This document shows positions 28,277 to 37,409 of a stretch of DNA of 64,000 nucleotides, piece by piece. Source of the DNA: Gammaproteobacteria bacterium (lineage in GTDB: Bacteria > Pseudomonadota > Gammaproteobacteria > Steroidobacterales > Steroidobacteraceae). Within the stretch, counting starts at the first letter, position 1, and the number at the start of each line of letters is the position of its first letter. The notes beneath the pieces are model-generated. The model was not told the DNA's origin. It saw only the letters and a list, made by a program, of their open reading frames with translations, and made no database searches. The stretch spans positions 25,913 to 89,912 of the forward strand of contig JANYJY010000010.1 in the NCBI GenBank assembly GCA_025358295.1, written 5' to 3'. Position numbers and translations under genes: made by a program.

Positions 28277-29488
28277 ATGGACAGCGCAACAGTGCAACGG
28301 TTTCTCGACGGCATGAAGTACGAGGCGGAGCGGACCGGCCCGCCCCCGGGTTTCCCTGCGTTTCCCGATATTCCGGCGGGGCGCTACACCGACCCCGCCT
28401 TTCTCAAACTCGAGTCCGAACAGCTGTGGCATAAGAGCTGGCTCTACGCCTGCCACGTTGACGAGCTTCCGCAACCCGGCAGCTACCTGCTGTGGAAGAA
28501 AACCGGAACCCCCATTCTCATCCTGCGCGGCAAGGATGAGGTCATCCGTGCGTTCTATAACACCTGCCGGCATCGCGGCGGTCCGCTGGTCAAGACCGAG
28601 TGCGGCAAGGTCGACGGACTGGTCTGCGGTTACCATGGCTGGACCTATTCGCTCGACGGCAAGCTCATCAATCTGCGCGACAAGCGTGACTTCCCCTGTC
28701 TCGACATGTCGACCCGCTCGCTCATCGACGTGCGTTGCGAGCGCTTCTACAACTGGGTGTTCATCAACGAGAATCCGCACGCCGAACCGCTGCTGCAGCA
28801 CACCCATCCGTTCTTCGACTATTTCAAGCAATTCGAGCCCGACTGCTGGCGGTTCGTCGCGAAGACGGCTCACGATGTGAAGTGCAACGTCAAGGTGCTG
28901 CTCGATGCCTTCCTTGAGGTCTATCATTTGAAATCCATTCACCAGGGCACGGTGGACCGCTTTCTGGATCACCGCGGCACGACCATTGCCCTGTACCGCA
29001 ACGGGCACTCCATCATGGTCACGCCGAACCGGCGTCCGGATTGGAAGGATCCCGGCACGCGCGGTCTGCGCCATATCGAGTCGGCCACCGTCATCTCCTC
29101 GAAGAACAATCCATCATTCAATTTCTATCCCAATCTGGTTGCGCCGGTGGACCCCAGTGGAGTTCCCTTTCTTTTGTTTTGGCCGACGTCCGATACGACC
29201 ATGCGAATCGAATGCCACTGGTTTGCGCCGGATTGGGGCGGCGGACCGCTGCCCGAGCTGTGGAAAATTCGCATGACGAATTTCGAGCGCATTCTCGAGG
29301 AGGATTTGCAATTCGCTCCGCAAATCCAGGAATCGCTGATGTCGCCGGGATTTCGCGGCATTCCGCTCAATTATCAGGAGCGCCGAATTTATCATTGGCA
29401 CGAAGAGCTGGACCGGCGCATCGGCAGCGAGCGCGTGCCCGTGCAATTGCGCATCGAGCCCCTTCTCGAACCCTATTATGAAAACTGA
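28277..29488 (+). CDS. Rieske non-haem-iron oxygenase, alpha subunit (paralog 2)
   Basis: 403 aa. Has CRHRGGPL...CGYHGW and the iron motif LEVYHLKSIH. Confidence 0.88.
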   Translation: MDSATVQRFLDGMKYEAERTGPPPGFPAFPDIPAGRYTDPAFLKLESEQLWHKSWLYACHVDELPQPGSYLLWKKTGTPILILRGKDEVIRAFYNTCRHRGGPLVKTECGKVDGLVCGYHGWTYSLDGKLINLRDKRDFPCLDMSTRSLIDVRCERFYNWVFINENPHAEPLLQHTHPFFDYFKQFEPDCWRFVAKTAHDVKCNVKVLLDAFLEVYHLKSIHQGTVDRFLDHRGTTIALYRNGHSIMVTPNRRPDWKDPGTRGLRHIESATVISSKNNPSFNFYPNLVAPVDPSGVPFLLFWPTSDTTMRIECHWFAPDWGGGPLPELWKIRMTNFERILEEDLQFAPQIQESLMSPGFRGIPLNYQERRIYHWHEELDRRIGSERVPVQLRIEPLLEPYYEN

Positions 29489-29500
29489 GTGCGGTATGCG

Positions 29501-30934
29501 ATGAGCAAGCCCGCCGCCATTTTGCGGATGGGCGTGCACGTCCCGAAGCTGCGCCTGGCGCGATCGGCCATTGCCGCCGCCATGGCATGGGCCAGCCCCC
29601 CCGGACGCAGCGGCGCCCGCGGCGCTCGCGCGCTGTGCAATTGGGACGAAGACGCACTGACCATGGCGGTCGAAGCCGCGCGCAGCGCTCACGATCCCGA
29701 CGGCGCACCTCAGTCCGTCCTGTTCTGTTCGACCACCGCGCCCTTCGCCGATCGCGATGACGCCGTCATGCTGGCCTCTGCCCTCGACTTGTCGGATTCG
29801 ATCGACAGCTTGAACCTCGGCGCCTCGCTGCGCGCCGGCACCAGCGGCTTGATCAGCGCCGCGCGGCGCGGCGACGCCCGCACGCTGCTGGTCGCGAGCG
29901 ACGCTCGCCTGACGCGCGCCGGCAGCCCACAGGAAATGACCTATGGCGATGCCGCGGCGGCGTTGCTGCTCGGGCCGACCAATCCGGCGGCCCTCGCCAG
30001 CGTGCTCGCAACGCGGACTCTGGGCAGCGATTTCGTGGACCATTATCGGATGAGCGGCGCGAGCTTCGATTACGGCCTAGAGGAACGCTGGATACGCGAA
30101 GAGTCGCTGCTGCAGTTGATTCCTCGGGCCGTGTCGGAGCTGTTGGCGGCGGCGGGTTTGAACGCCGGGGCCATTGGACATTTCGTCATGCCTGGGAGCG
30201 CAGTTACCGCCAAGCGTGTTGCCGAAGCGTGTGGTCTACAAGCCGCGCAGCGCGACGCGCGGGCGCTGACCGAATGCGGCGACGCCGGCACGGCGATGCC
30301 GCTGCTGATGCTCGCCGGCGCGCTCGAGACGGCCGCGCCCGGCGACCTCATCATTCTGATCGGCATCGGCCAGGGCGTGGACGCGGTGCTGCTGCGCGCC
30401 GAAGCAGGACTGCGCCTTGCAGGGAAGGTCTTTGCCGGTGCACTTGCCGCCCAGCAGGAGGAACCCAGCTACGTGCGCTACCTGTCGCATCGCGCCCTAA
30501 TCGATGTCGATTTCGGCATGCGCGCCGAACGGGACCAGCGTACTGCGCATACGGTGGCCTACCGCAAACGCGACGCCCTCAATGCCTTCAAGGGTGGCCG
30601 CTGCGAGCATTGCGGCACCGTGCAATTTCCGCGCTCGCGGGTCTGCGTCAACCCGCAGTGCCGGCAGACGGACACTCAGGTTGCGCACCGGCTCGCGGAC
30701 TCGCGTGGCAGAGTCAAATCCTTCACCGAGGATTGGCAGGCCTATGCGGCGCGCCCGCCTTATATATACGGCAATGTCGAATTCGCCGAAGGCGGAAATC
30801 TGCTCATGGAGTTCACCGACGTCGAAGCCGGCGCGCTGAAGGTCGATGATGCGGTGCGTTTCGTGTACCGCATCAAGGATGAAGATCGCGCGCGGCGCTT
30901 TCGCCGCTACTTCTGGAAAGCAACCACGGTTTGA
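29501..30934 (+). CDS. HMG-CoA-synthase-like (thiolase-superfamily) domain fused to a DUF35 zinc-ribbon/OB-fold domain
   Basis: About 477 aa (a GTG at 29489 is an alternative start). N-terminal motifs: NWDEDALTMAVEAARSA, ...LGASLRAGTSGL..., YGDAAAALLLG. C-terminal motifs: CEHCGTVQFPRSRVCVNPQC followed by an OB-like segment. Confidence 0.7.
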   Translation: MSKPAAILRMGVHVPKLRLARSAIAAAMAWASPPGRSGARGARALCNWDEDALTMAVEAARSAHDPDGAPQSVLFCSTTAPFADRDDAVMLASALDLSDSIDSLNLGASLRAGTSGLISAARRGDARTLLVASDARLTRAGSPQEMTYGDAAAALLLGPTNPAALASVLATRTLGSDFVDHYRMSGASFDYGLEERWIREESLLQLIPRAVSELLAAAGLNAGAIGHFVMPGSAVTAKRVAEACGLQAAQRDARALTECGDAGTAMPLLMLAGALETAAPGDLIILIGIGQGVDAVLLRAEAGLRLAGKVFAGALAAQQEEPSYVRYLSHRALIDVDFGMRAERDQRTAHTVAYRKRDALNAFKGGRCEHCGTVQFPRSRVCVNPQCRQTDTQVAHRLADSRGRVKSFTEDWQAYAARPPYIYGNVEFAEGGNLLMEFTDVEAGALKVDDAVRFVYRIKDEDRARRFRRYFWKATTV

Positions 30935-30944
30935 AGGCGGCTCA

Positions 30945-32168
30945 ATGGCAAGCGGAATCAAGGATAAAGTAGTCATCGTCGGCATGGGCTGCTCCAGTTT
31001 CGGCGAGCGCTGGTCCTGCGGGCCCGATGACTTGATGGTCGAAGCCTTCGACGAAGCGCTCGCCGATGCGGGCATCGTGCGCGACCGTATCGACGCGGCG
31101 TGGCTCGGCGTGTTCTTCGACGAGCAAAATACCGGCAAGTCCTCGCTGCCCCTGTCCATGGCGCTGCGGCTGCCGAATGTGCCGACGACGCGGGTCGAGA
31201 ATCTATGCGCCACCGGCACCGAGTCGCTGCGCGGCGCCGTGTATGCAGTGGCGTCCGGAGCCTGCGACATCGCTCTCGCCATGGGGGTGGAGAAACTCAA
31301 GGACACGGGATTTTCCGGTCTGCCAGAGCGCACCAAGGGAACCTTCGAGGATCTGTATCTGCCGACCAGCACGGCGCCCGGGGCTTTCGCCCAGCTTGCC
31401 AGTGCCTACGCGGCGAAGCACGGCTATTCCATGACCGAGCTGAAGCGCGCCATGGCGCATATCTCCTGCAAGAGCCACGAGAACGCCACGCGCAATCCCA
31501 AGGCGCATTTGCGCCATCGCATCACCCCCCAGCAAGTCCTCGATGCGCCGGCCATCTCCTATCCGCTCGGCGTCCTGGATTGCTGCGGCGTGAGCGACGG
31601 TGCAGCCTGCGCCATCGTGACCACGCCCGAGATCGCGCGCGAGCTGGGCAAGCGCGACCTCGTGTCGGTGAAGGCATTGCAGCTGGCACCCAGCAACGGG
31701 GTCGAGATGGGTCATCAATCCTGGGACGGCAGCCATACGCTGACCACGCCGATCGCCGCGCGCCGCGCCTACGCGGAGGCCGGCATCGCAAATCCCCGCG
31801 AGGAAATAGATCTCATCGAAGTGCATGATTGCTTCTCGATCACCGAACTAGTGCTGATGGAGGATTTGGGATTCTCCGATGTCGGTCGCGCTCCTCACGA
31901 CGTGCTCGACGGACGCTATGACTCCGGCGGCGCCATACCCTGCCAGATCGACGGTGGCTTGAAGTGCTTCGGGCATCCCATCGGCGCCACCGGACTGCGC
32001 ATGGCGTATGAGATTTATCTGCAGCTGCTCGGACGCGCCGGCGAACGTCAATTGCGTGGGCGTTCCGGACACGGGCCCGCCATCGGACTCACGCACAATC
32101 TCGGCGGAATTCCCAACCGCAACATCGCCAGCGTCTCGATTTTGGGCCTACTCTCCGCTTCACACTGA
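30945..32168 (+). CDS. SCP-x/lipid-transfer-type thiolase
   Basis: 407 aa from the ATG at 30945 (MASGIKDKVVIVGMGCSSFGERW), with an SD upstream. Motifs: NLCATGTESL (nucleophile Cys), EVHDCFS, and GHPIGATG near the C-terminus. Confidence 0.85.
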   Translation: MASGIKDKVVIVGMGCSSFGERWSCGPDDLMVEAFDEALADAGIVRDRIDAAWLGVFFDEQNTGKSSLPLSMALRLPNVPTTRVENLCATGTESLRGAVYAVASGACDIALAMGVEKLKDTGFSGLPERTKGTFEDLYLPTSTAPGAFAQLASAYAAKHGYSMTELKRAMAHISCKSHENATRNPKAHLRHRITPQQVLDAPAISYPLGVLDCCGVSDGAACAIVTTPEIARELGKRDLVSVKALQLAPSNGVEMGHQSWDGSHTLTTPIAARRAYAEAGIANPREEIDLIEVHDCFSITELVLMEDLGFSDVGRAPHDVLDGRYDSGGAIPCQIDGGLKCFGHPIGATGLRMAYEIYLQLLGRAGERQLRGRSGHGPAIGLTHNLGGIPNRNIASVSILGLLSASH

Positions 32169-32179
32169 AGGACACCGTC

Positions 32180-32770
32180 ATGACTGACACCCTGTTCACC
32201 CGCACCGACCGCAATGACATGGCGCCGCAATGGCGCGACGCGTGCGACATGCTCAACAAGCTGACCGGCGATGCCACCTTCGTCGAGGTGTTCGCCCAGG
32301 CTCCCGAGCTGCTCGACTTCGTCATGCAGCAGTTCTATATGAAGGTGTTCTTCGGCGGCACGGTGCCGCAGCGCTACAAGCAGCTGGCGCGCCTGAAACT
32401 ATCGTTGATCCACGGCTGCCGGACCTGCAATAAACAGAATGTGCCCGGCGCAATTGAGGCAGGCTTCACTCAGACACAAATCGATGCGCTCATCGACGGC
32501 AACGTTGCTGCGTTCACTCCCGCCGAGCGCGCCGTGATCGAATATGCCGAGCAAGTCGCGTTGTCCAACATGGATGGTCAAATGACGCCAGACCTGTTCG
32601 CCAGGCTGCGGGCGCAATTTACCGAGGCGCAGATTCTCGAGCTGGGCACGGCCATGGCAGTAGTGTCGGGCATGGCCAAGTTGTCGTTCGTACTCGATCT
32701 GGTCGAGCGTGAGAGCTACTGCCCGTTCACACCAGCCACCGCGGACTCAAGGTCAGTGGCGGCAGGTTAG
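32180..32770 (+). CDS. Carboxymuconolactone-decarboxylase (AhpD-like) family protein
   Basis: 196 aa. Has the CMD-family helix with LIHGCRTC. Confidence 0.7.
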   Translation: MTDTLFTRTDRNDMAPQWRDACDMLNKLTGDATFVEVFAQAPELLDFVMQQFYMKVFFGGTVPQRYKQLARLKLSLIHGCRTCNKQNVPGAIEAGFTQTQIDALIDGNVAAFTPAERAVIEYAEQVALSNMDGQMTPDLFARLRAQFTEAQILELGTAMAVVSGMAKLSFVLDLVERESYCPFTPATADSRSVAAG

Positions 32771-32792
32771 TCGCGCGGCAGCAGGTTGAGGC

Positions 32793-33677
32793 TCAGCGGC
32801 CGCGAACCCGGAAGTAGTCGGGAATGCCGCCGGGCCAGTCCTCGCCCCAATTCTGGCGTCCGCCGTCAACGGCCAACACTTCGCCGGTGATGAATTTACC
32901 GGTGGGCGCCGCGAGATAAATCACGGCTTGCGCGATGTCCATGACATCGCCCAGTCGCTTCATGGGATTCGAGAGCGTGAACGCCTCCGCGGCCTCGCGC
33001 GGATAGACATTGAGCCCGTCGGTGGCGATGGACCCGGGCGCCACGCAATTGATGCGGATGTCGAGCGGCGCCCATTCCACGGAGAGGGTCTTGCTCAAGT
33101 AGATGACGCCGGCGCGGGCCGCCGCCGTATGGGCGACCTGCGGGTTGCCGCGCGAAACCACGGCGACAATGTTCACAATCGAGCCGGCGTGGCCCTGGTC
33201 ACGCCAGTGTTGTGCCGCAGCTTGCATCATGTACCAGGTGCCGTTCAGATTCGTGTCGATGACGGCATTCCAGCCCTTGACGCTGAAGTCGATGGCCGCT
33301 TGCGGATATTGACCGCCCGCGCTGTTGACCAGCACATCCAGCCGCCCGAACTTCTCCCAAGTTTCCTTGAACAGAGCCTGCACCTGCTCGGGATCGCGTA
33401 TGGTCATGGACTTGGTCATGACCGGCTTGCCGATGCGTTTTTCAATGCCCGCAGCGGTCTCTTCGAGCTTGTCGGCACGGCGGCCGCAGATCACGACCTG
33501 CGCGCCGAGGCGGGCTAATACGTAGGCGATGGCGCGTCCGATCCCGCTGCCGCCACCGGAAACCAGGCATACCTGGCCGGCGAGTACATCGTCGCGAAAC
33601 GAAAGCGGCCATTCGGCGAGTTCATCGTCGGTCATTCCCCACTGTTTGGGGGGATCTAAAGGCAGGCGTAGGCTCAT
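32793..33677 (-). CDS. Short-chain dehydrogenase/reductase (enoyl/dienoyl-CoA-reductase-like)
   Basis: 294 aa. Motifs: CLVSGGGSGIGRA and NSAG. I did not locate a canonical YxxxK. Confidence 0.85.
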   Translation of the reverse strand: MSLRLPLDPPKQWGMTDDELAEWPLSFRDDVLAGQVCLVSGGGSGIGRAIAYVLARLGAQVVICGRRADKLEETAAGIEKRIGKPVMTKSMTIRDPEQVQALFKETWEKFGRLDVLVNSAGGQYPQAAIDFSVKGWNAVIDTNLNGTWYMMQAAAQHWRDQGHAGSIVNIVAVVSRGNPQVAHTAAARAGVIYLSKTLSVEWAPLDIRINCVAPGSIATDGLNVYPREAAEAFTLSNPMKRLGDVMDIAQAVIYLAAPTGKFITGEVLAVDGGRQNWGEDWPGGIPDYFRVRGR

Positions 33678-33742
33678 TTTCTTAAGTTTGGCGCGAAGGC
33701 GCGTTTATATATTTCGAGTATAGGCAGCGCGCCATAAAAAAG

Positions 33743-33760
33743 AAACAGTACTGACTGTTT
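33743..33760. promoter_or_regulatory. Island palindrome site 3: AAACAGTACTGACTGTTT
   Basis: Lies in the divergent gap between the SDR (start 33677) and the acyl-CoA synthetase (start 33816). It shares the identical 20-mer CAGTACTGACTGTTTTTTTA with site 4. Confidence 0.6.
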
Positions 33761-33815
33761 TTTTAATGACCGCTCCATGCTACTGTCCAACTTCATATCG
33801 GGGGCGGGCTCGGCA

Positions 33816-35495
33816 ATGGCTGAATTTAACAAAATCGGCGGCGAAGATTTGTCGCGGCTGCGTATTTCGGTGACGACCATAGGGGACCTGCTCCTCAGCG
33901 CCGCCGATCGTTACCCCGACACTCTCGCGCTCGTATTTCCAGACTCACAATACACGTATCAGGAACTGGCCACGCGTGCTTTGCGTCGTGCCCGCAGCCT
34001 ACAGGCGCTCGGCGTGAAGCCGCGCGACCACGTCGGCATTTTGATGCCCACCTGCCCTGCATTCGTCGAAATATTTTTTGCCGCCGCGCTGTGCGGCGCC
34101 GTAGTCGTGCCGATCAATGCGCGCTACCGCGCGCAAGAACTCGCCTATGTGATCGAGAACGGCGACATCGTCACACTGATCACCACCGATGCCATCGCCG
34201 ATCAGGTCAATTTCGTCGAGCGACTGGCCGGCGCCGTGCCCACCCTCAAGTCCCAAGCCGACCCACGGCGGCTGCAGGTGCCGGGCATGCCGGCTTTGCG
34301 CAACATTGTGTTACTGGGTGAGACGACATCGCCGGGCTTCATATCGCAGGGCGAATTCGATGCTCTCGAGGAAACCTCGCCCGAGGAGAAGGTGCATCTT
34401 GCCCGCCTCGGGGTGCGCGTTCGCGACGTGGGACTCATGTTGTATACCTCGGGCACGACCGCAAATCCCAAGGGCTGCCGCATCACCCACGAAGCGCAGG
34501 TGCGCAATTCCATCGCGCTCGGCCGGCATCGTTATCGTCTCACCCACGAGGACCGGTTTTGGTCGCCGCTGCCGATGTTCCACATCGCCTCGGTGTTGCC
34601 GATGCTCGCCATCTTCGATGTCGGCGGCACGTATCTGACCATGAGCTACTTCGACGCCGGCGTCGCCCTGGACATGCTGCAGCGTTACGAAGTCACGGCG
34701 ACCTATCCGTGCTTCGTCACCATCATGCAGGGCCTGATCTATCATCCGAATTTTGCCAGCGCCGATCTTTCGCGCATCAAACTCATGAACTCGAATTTTG
34801 CCGTGCAGCCTCCGGATGTGGCGCAGTCCATCATGCGCGCCATGCCTCAGGCCCTGCAGGTCGGCAGCTTCGGCATGACCGAGACGGCAGGCACGGTATG
34901 CACCGGTTCGCCGGACGAGGCTGAATCCCTGCGCATCACGCGGCTGGGCAAGCCCCTGCCCGGCCTCGAGGTGCGCATCGTCGACGGCGAGAGCGGCGCC
35001 GATGTGGCCACCGGCGGGCACGGCGAAGTGCTGGTTCGCGGCTACAGTGTGCTCGAGGGCTATCACAAGGACGCGGAGAAAACCGCCGAGGCCATCGACT
35101 CGGACGGCTGGTTTCACACGGGCGACATCGGCTCCTTGGACGAACAGGGCACCATCATGTTCCACGGCCGCTACAAGGACATGCTGAAGGTCGGCGGTGA
35201 GAACGTAGCGGCGGCGGAAATAGAAGCGTTGCTCGGCCGTCATCCGGCGGTGAAGCTGGCGCAAGTCGTCGGCATTCCCGACGCGAAATATGTCGAGGTG
35301 CCGGCCGCCTTCGTCGAACTCAAGCCGGGCAGCACTGTCACCGAAGCCGAACTGGTAAGCTTCTGCAAGGCTGAGGTGGCTGCATTCAAGGTGCCGCGCG
35401 TTGTGCGCTTCGTCAGCGATTGGCCGATGTCCTCGACCAAGATTCAAAAATTCCGGCTGCGCGAAGCCTTGGTAGCCGACCTAGGGTTGACGTAA
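33816..35495 (+). CDS. Acyl-CoA synthetase / AMP-dependent ligase
   Basis: About 559 aa. Motifs: LYTSGTTANPKG, FHTGD, and KFRL near the C-terminus. I prefer the ATG at 33816 over 33777 because 33777 lies only 17 nt from the palindrome at 33743..33760. Confidence 0.88.
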   Translation: MAEFNKIGGEDLSRLRISVTTIGDLLLSAADRYPDTLALVFPDSQYTYQELATRALRRARSLQALGVKPRDHVGILMPTCPAFVEIFFAAALCGAVVVPINARYRAQELAYVIENGDIVTLITTDAIADQVNFVERLAGAVPTLKSQADPRRLQVPGMPALRNIVLLGETTSPGFISQGEFDALEETSPEEKVHLARLGVRVRDVGLMLYTSGTTANPKGCRITHEAQVRNSIALGRHRYRLTHEDRFWSPLPMFHIASVLPMLAIFDVGGTYLTMSYFDAGVALDMLQRYEVTATYPCFVTIMQGLIYHPNFASADLSRIKLMNSNFAVQPPDVAQSIMRAMPQALQVGSFGMTETAGTVCTGSPDEAESLRITRLGKPLPGLEVRIVDGESGADVATGGHGEVLVRGYSVLEGYHKDAEKTAEAIDSDGWFHTGDIGSLDEQGTIMFHGRYKDMLKVGGENVAAAEIEALLGRHPAVKLAQVVGIPDAKYVEVPAAFVELKPGSTVTEAELVSFCKAEVAAFKVPRVVRFVSDWPMSSTKIQKFRLREALVADLGLT

Positions 35496-35501
35496 GACAC
35501 C

Positions 35502-36029
35502 ATGTCCGCTCTGCCGCACTTTGGGCCCATCGTTCAGAACGCCTTCGTGGTACGCGACCTGGAGCCGGCAGTGGCCTACTGGTCCGGCAAGCTCGGCGTC
35601 GGCCCGTTCTACATGCTCGAGCATATTTCATTCGGCAAAGTGTATTTTCGCGGCGCGCCGTTGTCTCTCGACATGTCGGTCGCCATCGCGCAGTGGGGCG
35701 ATATGCAAATCGAGCTGATCGTGCAACACGATGCAGTCCCTTCCATTTACTCCGAATTCCTGGCCCGCCACGGCGAAGGCCTGCAACATCTCGGCGTCAT
35801 GACCGCTTCCCTGGATGAACACCTCGAGCGCTTGCGGCCGCTGGGCATCGAGCCGGTGCAATGGGGCGAAACGGCGGGAGGCATGCGCTTTGCCTACATC
35901 AATACCGACCAGCAGGCCGGGGGCATGATCGAATTGATAGAAACCGGACCCGCGGTCGAGGCCTTTTTCTCGAAGGTGCGCGGCGCCGCGGCAAACTGGG
36001 ACGGCAGCCGGCCGCTGCGGCGTCTCTAG
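35502..36029 (+). CDS. VOC (glyoxalase/bleomycin-resistance/dioxygenase) family protein
   Basis: 175 aa. Shows the paired beta-alpha-beta-beta-beta pattern, with ...GLQHLGV... and ...MIELIE.... Confidence 0.7.
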   Translation: MSALPHFGPIVQNAFVVRDLEPAVAYWSGKLGVGPFYMLEHISFGKVYFRGAPLSLDMSVAIAQWGDMQIELIVQHDAVPSIYSEFLARHGEGLQHLGVMTASLDEHLERLRPLGIEPVQWGETAGGMRFAYINTDQQAGGMIELIETGPAVEAFFSKVRGAAANWDGSRPLRRL

Positions 36030-36041
36030 CACGCTGCCAAC

Positions 36042-36569
36042 GTGCCGTTTTCAAAACTCAATCCGGTCCAGATCGCCTATCACGTTGCGGACCCGGAGCG
36101 GGCGGCGCATGACTACGCGCGCAGTTACGGCTGGGGACCCTTCTTTTTGTTCGAACACATCGCACTGAGCCAGTGCCTGTATCGCGGCTCGCCCGCGATC
36201 TTCGATCACAGTTCCGCTTACGGCCAGGCGGGTGAACTCATGATCGAACTCATTACCCAACACGATGACCGGCCCTCGGTGTTGCGCGATCTGTTTGCGC
36301 GCGACGCCGTGGGCGTACATCACGTGGCGCACTTCGTGCCCAATCTGCCGGAGACTCTGGAACAGGCGCGCGTCGCCGGCCGTGATATTGCGCTCGATGC
36401 CTGTACGGCCACCGGCACGCACTTCGCCATGCTCGATACCTCACACGAGCTCGGTCACATGACCGAGCTGTACGAAGGCAGCGGCGATCTGCTCAGGTTT
36501 TATCGCTATGTACGGCGTGCCGCCGAAGGCTGGAGCGGCGCCGAGCCTCTGCGGCGTCTCAATGTCTGA
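36042..36569 (+). CDS. VOC family protein (tandem paralog)
   Basis: 175 aa, GTG start. Motifs: IAYHVAD, VHHVAHF, MTELYE. Has the same C-terminal ...W.G..PLRRL ending as the preceding gene. Confidence 0.7.
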   Translation: MPFSKLNPVQIAYHVADPERAAHDYARSYGWGPFFLFEHIALSQCLYRGSPAIFDHSSAYGQAGELMIELITQHDDRPSVLRDLFARDAVGVHHVAHFVPNLPETLEQARVAGRDIALDACTATGTHFAMLDTSHELGHMTELYEGSGDLLRFYRYVRRAAEGWSGAEPLRRLNV

Positions 36570-36605
36570 CACGGCAATTCAAATTCAAACGGCATAGGAA
36601 ACATC

Positions 36606-37409
36606 ATGGGACGCATTGACGGCAAGGTGGCGGTGATTTTGGGCGCGGCCGGCAAGGACAACATGGGGCAGGTCATCGCCCGCCGCTTCGCTGCCGAGGG
36701 CGCCCGTGTCATCGTGGCCGGACGCTCGGAAGCGCAGCTGCGTGCGCTCGCGGCGGAACTCGGCGGAGATCAGCGCGTCTGCGACATTACCCGCAGCGCC
36801 GATGTGGCTGCGCTGGCGCATTTTGCCGTGGAGCGCTTTGGCGGCCTCGATATTGCGGTCAATTGCACCGGCTGGGCGCCGATGACCAAGCTTCTCGACG
36901 TCAAAGAGGAAGAATTGGACAAGCTTTGCGCGCTGCAATTCAAGGGAGTTTATTTCTTCCTGCAAAGCATGGTGGCGCAGATGGCCGCGCACGGCGGCGG
37001 TTCCATCGTGCAAATGTCTTCGGCCTCAGCCTACGCCCTGCTCTACAACCACGCGGCCTACATTGCGACCAAATCAGCCGGCGATGCCTTGGTGCGCTGC
37101 TTCGCGAACGAGTTCGGCGCCAAGGGCGTGCGTGTCAATGCCATTGCACCGGGTTTGACCGGCAGTCCCATGACCTCTCACGAAATGAGCCTGCCGGGAC
37201 TTCAAGAAGCATTCATCAAAGAATATCCGCTCGGCAGGATCGGCACGGCGGAGGATATTGCGAACGCCGCTTTGTGGCTCGCCGGCAACGAAAGCTTCCT
37301 CACCGGCCAGGTTTTGCAGATCAACGGCGGCCTGACCTTGCGGCGCAATCCGACTCCCCGCGAAATCAGCGCCAGCATGAAGGCAGCCGCACCGAAGACC
37401 GGGCCATGA
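36606..37409 (+). CDS. Short-chain dehydrogenase/reductase
   Basis: 267 aa. Motifs: VAVILGAAGKDNMG and YIATKSA. Confidence 0.8.
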   Translation: MGRIDGKVAVILGAAGKDNMGQVIARRFAAEGARVIVAGRSEAQLRALAAELGGDQRVCDITRSADVAALAHFAVERFGGLDIAVNCTGWAPMTKLLDVKEEELDKLCALQFKGVYFFLQSMVAQMAAHGGGSIVQMSSASAYALLYNHAAYIATKSAGDALVRCFANEFGAKGVRVNAIAPGLTGSPMTSHEMSLPGLQEAFIKEYPLGRIGTAEDIANAALWLAGNESFLTGQVLQINGGLTLRRNPTPREISASMKAAAPKTGP

